From contig JADIIX010000009.1 in the NCBI GenBank assembly GCA_027604505.1, positions 1-64,000 on the forward strand: a DNA stretch of 64,000 bases. Reading direction: 5' to 3'. This DNA comes from Gonapodya sp. JEL0774. Its lineage: Eukaryota. Under the pieces are notes generated by a model that was not told the origin of the DNA, did not search any database, and saw only the letters and a list, made by a program, of their open reading frames with translations. Below are positions 1 through 9,227 of the stretch, in pieces; the stretch's first letter is position 1; every line of letters starts with the position of its first letter. The position numbers were made by a program, and so were the translations under genes.

Positions 1-708
1 CAGAACGTAATCCCTACATTGATGATGAGGCAGAGGTTGAAGGAGGTGAAGATGGATCCGAAGGTATGCATCCAAACACCTGTTACTTCTACTGTTTGGT
101 CTGTTCAACTGCTGTGTTTTGCAGGTAGTCACACCGATGAAGAGACCGCATCCGACAAGGATATGATCAACGATGGGGATGAAGGCGATGGTGACGATGG
201 TGATGAAGGTGAGGGTGACAAAGGGGATGAAATCGAAGGTGAAGGTCACCAGGCCGAGCCTGCGGATGTGGACGAGGGGGACAGTGAGGGGGAGAGCGAC
301 TACGATGGTAAGTTCACATTTTACTTTAACATGGCCGTTGTTGTTTAACATTGTCTATTTGGATGAAGATGCTCCGAAGCGTAAATCGACTCCACGGCCT
401 ACCCGACCTCCTGTCCAACCTCCCGCACCTGCAGCCAGGGGAGCTCACCGTCAACGTGCTCGGGAGTCAGACACTGGTGAGTACACATTCTTGCCCTGTT
501 GGTCGCTGCATGGTCTCTTCTTACTGTCTCTATTTGACTAGAACCCGAACCAAAGCGTCAACGCCTTGTACCAACACGGGGGGCAAACTGGAGTGGTCGC
601 GGGATGAGGAGAGGTAGTGCAAGTGGGAACACGCAAGGTAGTCGCGGGGGAAGGGGGAATGCAAGTGGGATACAGCTCAGAAGGGGTCGGAGCGCTGGGT
701 CTGTATAG
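1..708 (+). CDS. 3' part of an unknown spliced gene encoding an acidic (D/E/G-rich), then P/R-rich and RG-rich low-complexity protein; 5' end outside window
   Basis: GT..AG introns at about 64-124, from 309, and 477-541. The last exon (EPEPKRQRLVPTRG...RGRSAGSV) is open to TAG at 706-708. Confidence 0.5.
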
Positions 709-999
709 ACTTAAGACTTATATCATGGCATAGTTCTTCACTGAAATTAATATACTTTTGATACAAATATTTGTCTTCCATATTATTGATCTAGGGGTGG
801 GTGTGGTGACTTACAGGGTGGGGGGTGTAAAAAACGTGACAGATGAGAATGGTGACTGGGTTATGAGAGTTGCGAAGAGCCAGCCAGACAGACCATAGAG
901 GGCAAGTAACGGTGCAGTTAGGGCTCAGAATGTAAGTTAGATCTTGTATTGATGAAAATCCTGAGTGATTGTGATATTTTTGGAGTTTACAGCTTTGCA

Positions 1000-2600
1000 G
1001 GTGCTTCCTGCGCAGCAAGCCTTGGCAGGTGGGACCAAATACTAGCCTTAAGAATGCAATCAACAGTGGTAGGTATTTGTTTTAAGGTTTTAATAGCTGT
1101 GACTCGTATTATCCTTGTTAGGGGAATATGATAATGTCAAAACTGCTGTAACAAATATTCAGAAAGTGCTACAAGAGTTTAAAGTTAAACCAGTTCCGCA
1201 GCTGGCATCTGCACCTCTATCTCCATCAGAACAGAAGATTCATGATGTCCCTGAAGTGGTTGAGAGTGAAGAAGATTATGACAAACCTGACAATGGTTTG
1301 TCTTCTAAATCTAAAGCTGATGTTAAGAAGAAAGCAAAATCAGTAAGTAACCTTTAGTAAGGTGATTTATACGCTTGAATTCAGATCTTTGTGTGATTGC
1401 ATTCTAAGAGTCTTCAATTTATGTTTAAGGAGGATCAGCAAGTAGATGTAAAAGGAAAATCTGTTGATAGAGAGTACACCCAGCCCTTTGACACTCCAGA
1501 TGTCATCATGGAGTACCACAAAGGTCATCTAGCAAAAGAAGATCATAAAGCAGGACTAACCCCAAAGAAGTACCTTTCAGCTTTGTATTGTATTTTCAGA
1601 GGTTCTGTGAAAGATGTCCATTTATATTCCTTAACCAGAGAATGTTATCAACTTTTGAAGAAAGATGGCATACTACTCTGGGTGAGTTGAATGTCTTGCA
1701 TTCCTGATACTCTTTGATTGACGCAGTTTTCAATTAATTAGTGCCCTGGTTCTGTTGTGGTCTGTGGAACCAAAAGACCAAGTAGTCTGTATACAAGACT
1801 TTAACAAAGATGCAAGTCTTGCAAGGCTTACTCCTGCTCCATTCACTCTTTATTGGAATGGAGGAGACACCTTTTCAGCACCACAAATATTCTTGTTGGC
1901 CTCAAAAGGGGTGGATTTCAAATTTTCAAATAGGCAGGTGGCTTCAAAAGTCAAATGAGAGGTTTCCAGGTCACCAATTGTCTTTGAGGCTGTGAGAACC
2001 ACAGAAAATTTCCCCAAAAAGACAGCTTGTGGATCATCTAAGCTTGAGCCCAGAGTCTTTGAGAGTCTCACCTGAGGTTAGGCAGTTGTTGTCACAGTTC
2101 TTGTTTGCTGTTTGATGTGTGTACCTGAGCTCCTGTTTCATCTAGCAAATGTTCAGCTACACAAGTGTCCTCTTCTAAAGCTTCTAGTTCAATGTTGATG
2201 ACAAGTCTGATAGTCCAGATCAAACCTACTGGCAAAAACAGCAAACTGTCTGCACCTGTCACTACTAATAGTGATGCTATGGATATTGATGATGAGGTGG
2301 ATGAATTAGAGGAGAATTCAGACAACAGTGAAGATGAATTGGTGAAGAAGATGTACGATGAGAAATTGGGGAATACAACACAAGCAGTCAATTTGGGGGT
2401 TGAGCACATTGAACAACAGCCACTTAAGCAAGTTGGAAGACCCTCTAGAAGGAAGGTCCAAAGTGAGGATGATGAAGACCTTGAAGAAGGATCACCTGCA
2501 TCCATTAGAAGGAGTGCAAGAGGGCATCCAGGAATGAGAAGGAGGAGGATAATGAAGTATTGTCAAAAGGGAAGAGGAATATTTCAGCAGATGTAAGCCC
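1000..2600 (+). pseudogene. decayed multi-exon gene of unknown family (possibly TE-derived)
   Basis: Successive ORFs (1115, 1397, 1755, 2165) are separated by intron-like GT..AG segments. The 1755 frame has in-frame TGA at 1956-1958 and 2073-2075, both compatible with CGA>TGA. The region is almost devoid of CpG. Confidence 0.45.
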
Positions 2601-3228
2601 TGTAAGGAAGAGGGGATGGGTCAACAGGTGGGGCACCTCCCCCCCCACAAGGCTCCACCTGATGTGCGTCAATTTTTCTGTATGAGGTTGATGTTGCTCA
2701 AGAGGGAAAATGATGACTGCAAGTGGATACTTTAATATTGTTGTATGCCCAAGTGTGAAGAGTTCTCTATGCCTCCTATATTCTTCGGAAATAAGGCAAT
2801 ACACATCCTCCTTACCAATTGTTTGGACGTACTCTTCAATCTCCATCTAGGGCTTGACACATTTGGTCCGCCCCCCAGTGGGAACAAATTTTGCGACAGA
2901 GGTACCGAGAACCGTAGTGGTTGTAGTGGAGGTGGAATGAACAGGGGTGAAGGAAACTGGAGATCAGAACAGTGGTTGTGGAGGAAGTGGACGTGGTGGC
3001 TGTGGTTGTTTCTACACAAGGGTGTACTTTGCAGAACAGGATTGCAAGGATGGGTATGACATAGATGGCAATGTAGACAAGGAGGAGAATACAGAGGATC
3101 TTTCTCAGTATTCACATTGCAAGTCCAATTTTGCAGATCGTGTTGTACCATCAGTTAGCGGAATGGAGGCCCCATCTGCAGATTTACATCTTTGTGGCAC
3201 TGTGGCATAGCATTGCCACACTTGGCTG
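2505..3228 (-). pseudogene. decayed ORF remnant (hydrophobic segment KILCILLLVYIAIYVIPILAILFC followed by Thr-rich repeats), probably interrupted by the copia insertion
   Basis: Manual minus-strand translation of about 3150-2850 gives a TM-like stretch and a duplicated TTTATTSTSSTTT / STSTTTTT motif, broken by stops and frameshifts. Confidence 0.3.
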
Positions 3229-3481
3229 TGTCAAAGTCCTCTCTTAGCGGTAGTGGTGTTCAAGCAGAGGTTTCCCTTTTGATCAACTTATCTTGTAGAG
3301 TCTCCAAAATACAATATAGTTTTCTTATCTTTTATACTGCTCACTCGCCCTCATAGCATATGTAATCTAAATGCATTAGCTCGTGTGAACTCGCCATTGC
3401 CCTCGCCATGCTTCCCTCGCCATGCTTCCCTCGCGATCAGACTCAGCGTCCAACACAGTCGCACAGCTGCGACTTCTAACA
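3229..3481 (-). repeat. 3' LTR (253 bp)
   Basis: Matches 7897-8135 and carries an extra 14-bp unit ccctcgccatgctt. Confidence 0.96.
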
Positions 3482-3491
3482 CTCCCCCAGC
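3482..3491 (-). other. polypurine tract of the copia element
   Basis: The minus strand reads ...GCTGGGGGAG immediately before the TGTTAG start of the 3' LTR. Confidence 0.8.
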
Positions 3492-3505
3492 AGCCAGCGA
3501 CTGAG

Positions 3506-6500
3506 TTACGGTTTCATCCTGAACACACCTAATCCAGCTCTAAGCTTCTCGAACAATTGCTTCGCCAATGGTTTGGTTAGAATGTCTGCAACGTTGTCTG
3601 CGCCAGGAACATGTTTCACCTCCACATTGCCATTCCTAACTTCATCTCGAATCCAAAGATCCCGAAGAGCAATATGTTTCGTCCTTCCGTGGGAAATATC
3701 GTGATTGACCGCGATCTTCAATCCTGTCTCGCTGTCCGAGTAAATAAGAGTTGTGTCGGAGTTGCTGATCAGGTCGGTGTAGATGCTCCGAAGGTACGCC
3801 GCCTGACGAGCAGCCTCGGTCATCGCGTACAGCTCCGCTTCTGTCGTAGAAAGTGCCACAAGTTTTTGACGTTTGCTGGCAAACGAAATTGCTGCTCCAG
3901 CTAACTTGAAGATATAGCCGGAGGTTGACTGTCTTGAGGGATCGCTCCCCCCAGTCTGCGTCTGAGAACCCTCTCAACACCACCTCTTCCTGAACTTTGT
4001 AACAGAGCCCGTAATCCAAAGTACTCTTAATATAGCCGAAAATCTTCCTCACGCCCTCCCAGTGCCATTCACTGAATCGATCCTGGAATCTTGCAAAATA
4101 ACATGTCGCAAAAAGAATGTCAGGTCGAGTTCCCTTTGCCAACCACAGAAGACTTCCGATTGCCTCGCGATATGGAATATGTGCAAATCGTGCTCGATTT
4201 TCACCGGGAATTGTGCTGTGATCCTCATGGAGATCCTTCAGGTCGATCATTGGTGTCCTCCAACTCCGGACCGACTCCATCCCGAATTCTTCAATCAATT
4301 TGCTGGCAAATCGTTGCTGATGCACCCAAATTGCCCTATCTGCGAATTCGAACTGCCATCCGAGAAAAGCTTCCAGTGGCCCAATTTCTTTCATGTCGAA
4401 TCGCGCCTTCAATATCTCCTTGGCCTCAGCAATACCACCACTTCCGCGTTTTTCTACCATGAGCATGTCATCAACGTGGAACAAAAGAAAATGTGTCGTA
4501 TCAGAGCTGATGAAGAGACATGGATCTTTTTCCGCCGGTTTGTAACCATTCTGAACGAGATAGTCCGCCAAGGTTTGATTCCACAGCAGCGGACTCCGCT
4601 GAAGACCATATAGCGGTTTCTTCACTTTCAACTTCGCGCCATCCTCGAGAGCGAATCTGTCCAGAATGTAACTTGGAATTCCCTTCGGCAGTTGCACTGT
4701 GACACGTGCATTGGGATAGACTTCATCAGATTGAAGAAATGCCGTGTCGAAGTCAATCTGTTCCACTTTCCACCCATTCACAACTGCGAGGGAAATCAAC
4801 ATGCGAAGCGATTCTGTCTGAGCAACAGGCGAGTAATTGTCCATTCCCTCGTCGTTCTTTTCCTGATAACCGCGTGCAACAAGTCTCGCCTTGAACTTTG
4901 TCTTTCCCTGAGGCAGCAACTTCTCTGTCAATACAAATCGACATTCCACAGCTTTTGCCTCCGACTCCGATTCGTCCAGCTTCTCGAATACGCCGTACTT
5001 GTCAAGTTTTTCCATCTCGGTTTCTACTGCGCCGAAATACTCTTCTGGAATGTTTGCGTTCACAACAAAAATGCATTCCTCATCCAACGCGAGCCAGTCA
5101 ACAGCGTCAGTAATTTCTCCATAGAAACTCGGAATTTTCGCAGCCCTTGGTATTTTCGTGCGTGCTGGTAAGTTCGCCCATTTGTTTGCCTTTGATGGGG
5201 CGCGGGGTACAGACGGCTGTGGTGCCTGTGGCTTGTCAGGTGTCCTCACCAATTCCGCCCGAACTTCACCATCTCCCCCAGACAACCGCGCCGCATCGTC
5301 CGCGTCAGCGACACGTTCCTTCCCCTTCCTCAAACCATCTTGCGGCTCCGGAAGGTCCCTCTCGCGGTTCTCAAGCTCTGGTGACGATGACGTGGCGGTT
5401 GGCAGGTCGTCGACATCTGGAAGTTCGTCTTCCTCAGGATCGTTGTCGTCATGGGAAATCTGAGGGTAGTTCTTTCGAACGTGAGTTGCTTCGTCGAAAA
5501 CCGTGTCTCGAGTGCTTCCAATGAATATCTTCCCAGTCGACCTTTCCAGCAATCGATACCCCTTCATCCCATCTGTCCCCGCGTATCCCACCATCACCAA
5601 TTTCATGGATTTTGAATCGAGCTTCTTCCTTTTGCCGTCGTGGATTTGAAGGTAAGCGTCGCATCCGAAAATACGAACGTGGCTAATGTCCGGTTTTCTC
5701 CCGCAGAAAACCTCGTCCGGAGTCTTCCCATGCTTCTCAATGACCGTGCGATTCCTCACGTAAACGAAAGCGTCCATTGCCTGGAGCCAATGCCGTTTTG
5801 GGAGTCCTGATGATGCCAATAAGGTGCGAGTTCCCTCTCCCACTGTGCGGTTCATGCGTTCTGCGACCCCGTTCTGCTCAGACGTATCTGTCACAGTCTT
5901 AAAGACTTGAATTCCTTCCTTTTCTAGACGTCCAGCGAATATATGCGACATAAATTCGCCGCCCTTGTCAATTTGAACCACTTGAAGTTTCTGGCCGGTC
6001 TGGCGTTCCCCCCAGGTTCTCCACGCATCAAACACTTTGACAGCGTTGCCCTTCTGAGTGAGTCCGTAAGTCCACACCTTTCTACTGAAATCATCCACGA
6101 TTGTTAACCAGAATTTCGCCCGTTCTGCTGACAGAGTATTCGCTACGCCCACATCCATATGTGCCAGGCCCAGGACACGAGTTGAGCGCGGACCATCAGA
6201 AGTGTTCCAATTGGAATGACGGTATGTTTGCTTTCCTTCCATGCATGGCTGACAGACGAGCACAATGTCCGCTGGAGTTTTGATGTTTACACCGCTAACA
6301 TGACCTCCGCTGATTGTCTTCCAGATCCTCTCCGGAGATTGGTGACCAAATCGCTCGTGCCAAAGGATTGCAGGATTCACAGTCGAAGCAGTGTCCGACA
6401 TGCTGATAAGTAGGCTGTCTGGATTGGCACCGAGGTGAGTGGGGTATCCTTGAACTGCATAAAGCCGAGTCCCCGGGATTTGCTTAATGAAGCATACATG

Positions 6501-7853
6501 CGCACCGTCCTTCTTGATTTCCAGGTTGTGCCCTTTCCCCACAACCTCACAGTTCTTGTCACCGAAAGCTGCATGAGACACGACCTTGATATGCAGCGCA
6601 GGAGCATAGAATGCATCGGTGAGTTGTAGTGTTCCTGATGGCTTTCCCGCTTCATCCACAGTAGTTATCTTCATTGTCCCAATTCCAGCCACTGAGAGCT
6701 TCTCTCCCCCAGGAATTGTTACCGATAACTTTTCCACCAGCCGCAACGTGTCAAAGTCCTCTTGCTGCCAAGACATACTCCGAGTTGCACCAGAATCCCA
6801 GATGAGTTCACCTGCGGGTCGTTTGCCAAAATCATGCGCCCGAGATGCGAAGGTGAATACTTGGTTGTCCATTTGATCGACGAAACCAACGCTCTTCTTC
6901 CCCTTCCCGGTCCTTTCACCACCACCTTTTTCCTTGCTGCCACTGCCTCCTCCACCTTCCTTTCCTCGGTTATCACCCTGCCGTGAATCTTTCTTACGGC
7001 AGTCGCGCGCCATGTGTCCATACTTCTTGCAATAGTTGCAAGTTCCAGAGAAAGGTTTGGAGGCCGATTTGGATGAGCTTGACTGAGTTGAGTTGTGAGT
7101 TGCTGTGAACGCCTTCGCACCATCGTCCATTCCACCTTCTTCTCTTGCAAGTTGCTGTTCTCACTCCACCAGTAGCATGCGGAGGGTTTCAATCTTCAAC
7201 TCACCCTTCGCATGCAAGAGTCCTGCCATGTCAAGTTTCGAATCGTACTCCTTAGGTAGGCCACTTGCAAACCACTTCAGCGCTTCTCCAACACTGTAAT
7301 CACGACTCTCCATCTCACACAGCTGCCGCGCCAAGCTCCCCTTCTCCGAAAGGTATGACAGCATGGATTCGCCGACCCGAAGATTCCGCTTATTGAGTTC
7401 GCGGTGGATTGAGATAGAGTGCGACACAACGTTCGGCCTGAACGTTTGGATGATTGCTTGATAGAAGAGTGCGGCGGTGTAGGATCGGGGGTCCGTAGGT
7501 AAGTGCTCCCTAGTTACTGATAGCAGCGTCTCGTCGATTGCTGCGATGAGTAGCACTTGTGCTGACCTATCTTTGCCGAGCCACTCTTCATCTGTAGGTG
7601 CCCTAGCTGTCACTGTCGTTCCTGACACTGGATCCACGACAGGCTCTGCCGTGGAGCTTGATGCAGCCACCGCTGCAGCCACCACAGTGGCCCTGGGAGC
7701 TCCAGTCACCAAAGGTCGAGACACCTCCCCGAGCATGTACTCCAATACACCCTGTTGAATTGCCACCACGCTGAGTGCCATCCTCCAACTGTCGAAATCA
7801 CCACCGATCTTCAACTTTGTCCCAACGAATTTGATGTTCGTGTTGGTGGCCAT
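3506..7853 (-). pseudogene. gag-pol polyprotein with one in-frame TGA (7161-7163) and a +1 frameshift in a G6 run (3947-3952)
   Basis: ORFs 7161-7853 and 3642-7130 share a frame (LLVE*EQQLAREEGGMDDG). Removing one G restores SDADWGSDPSRQSTSGYIFKLAGAAISFASKRQKLVALSTTEAE into the 3506 RNase H ORF. Confidence 0.9.
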
Positions 7854-7875
7854 TGACGGTGAGTTCTCAGATACG

Positions 7876-7896
7876 AAGAGCTTCGCACTGTAAATG
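7876..7896 (-). other. putative primer-binding site (non-canonical)
   Basis: Directly abuts the 5' LTR. The minus strand reads CATTTACAGTGCGAAGCTCTT and lacks the TGG of full-tRNA priming. Confidence 0.55.
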
Positions 7897-8135
7897 TGTC
7901 AAAGTCCTCTCTTAGCGGTAGTGGTGTTCAAGCAGAGGTTTCCCTTTTGATCAACTTATCTTGTAGAGTCTCCAAAATACAATATAGTTTTCTTATCTTT
8001 TATACTGCTCACTTGCCCTCATAGCATATGTAATCTAAATGCATTAGCTCGTGTGAACTCGCCATTGCCCTCGCCATGCTTCCCTCACCATCAGACTCAG
8101 CGTCCAACACAGTCGCACAGCTGCGACTTCTAACA
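7897..8135 (-). repeat. 5' LTR (239 bp)
   Basis: Matches 3229-3481, has TG...CA termini and is flanked by the GGCTG TSD at 8136-8140. Confidence 0.96.
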
Positions 8136-8915
8136 GGCTGCTGTGTGGGGCTCTCTCTCTCCCCTCCCTGGGGTGTCACCTCCCTTAGACTATTGCTTGT
8201 GGGGCCATCAGGGGACAGAGAATCAATCCTCTAAGTCTCAAACTTTACAAAATTTTGCCATGTCTAAACTAGATTAGCTGATTCCACATAGAAGTGGTGC
8301 CTTGTGCAATACACCAAGTTGTGTACAGAAGGTCATCCAATTGAACGACCCATGGTCCTCTCCATCAGCATCACACTCCTCTGGTTCTCTTGGCCATCTC
8401 TCCACCAGGGCATGACAACCTGTCCACATGACTCCATCTTGCGTATTGGAGTCAGCCTCAGCTGTGCTCACTGACAGATCACCCTTTGCACTCAGCCTTG
8501 CAGCCACTTACATTCCACCCTTGCACTCCAATTTTGCTTCTCACTTGAAGCTCTTTCACGCTCAAAGCAAATTAAAAAGGTAAATGGATTAAAAAGCTGT
8601 TGCGAGCTAGGTGGTCAGGAGTTTCACCCATATTGGGTTTATAGGTAGATTTGCTAATGATTCTAAACACCAGGTTCCTAGCTAGGAGATCCCTCGCCCT
8701 GCAGTCCACATGCGAAGTTACCAAATTGGGCATTTTTTAAGAGAATAAGATTTCACTTCCCTGACTAGTGACTATCAATCCTGTACATCATTTCTGATGA
8801 ATCTCCAATTTGTTTCCTTCCATGTCCCCCTTGTTGGCATTTGCTTGGTTGTGTCCCAATGAGTTCAATGTTGCAACAGTCATCACAAACTATCACGAAA
8901 TGAATTGGAACATAC

Positions 8916-9052
8916 TGAAAAGCAAGAGTGGGTGCCCAACCCAGAAGATGCAGAGGGATGGAGACTCAGTTATCAAGAAATCAACTGGAGTAGAATGAAA
9001 AGCACCTGTGGGTGACAGGCCCAGAAGATACAGAGGAATGGAGACTCAGTCA
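8916..9052 (+). repeat. imperfect direct repeat, about 57-bp unit at 80-bp spacing
   Basis: tgaaaagca...gtgggtg...cccagaagat(g/a)cagagg(g/a)atggagactcagt occurs at 8916 and 8996. Confidence 0.8.
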
Positions 9053-9227
9053 AAACCTGCCAGATTGGGCTCAAATCATATTTCGCATAGTCTAAAAAAA
9101 CAAGGGGCCATTTCCTTCAACAATATGAAGCACGTTTATTACATCAGGAAACTATAAAATTTTGCCAGCATGTTTCGCCCTCTACAAAATGTTCTCTGTT
9201 GGAGCAGGACAACACATGTGATTTAAT

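Larger units (their letters stand above)
3229..8135 (-). mobile_element. full-length Ty1/copia LTR retrotransposon (4907 bp)
   Basis: Two near-identical TG...CA LTRs. A 5-bp target-site duplication GGCTG lies at 3224-3228 and 8136-8140. Domain order is gag, CCHC knuckle (CNYCKKYGHMARDC), protease (IWDSGAT), GAG-pre-integrase (LWHERFGH..CQPC), integrase (HMD, IDKGGEF, EQNGVAER), RT (KARLVARG, QIDFDTAFL, LYGLQRS, FHVDDM), RNase H (FSDADW, STTEAE, ADILTK). Confidence 0.97.

Noticed and set aside
3201..3220. Hairpin tgtggca-tagcat-tgccaca beside the insertion site as a possible Helitron 3' end
   Set aside because: No CTRR terminus at the expected distance, and no Rep/helicase remnant recognised.
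7884..7898. Possible tRNA-Tyr gene
   Set aside because: Only an anticodon-arm-like segment is present, with no acceptor stem or T-loop (GTTCGA). Treated as a PBS instead.
8916..9052. 80-bp-period repeat as a CRISPR-like array
   Set aside because: Only two imperfect copies, eukaryotic context, no cas genes.
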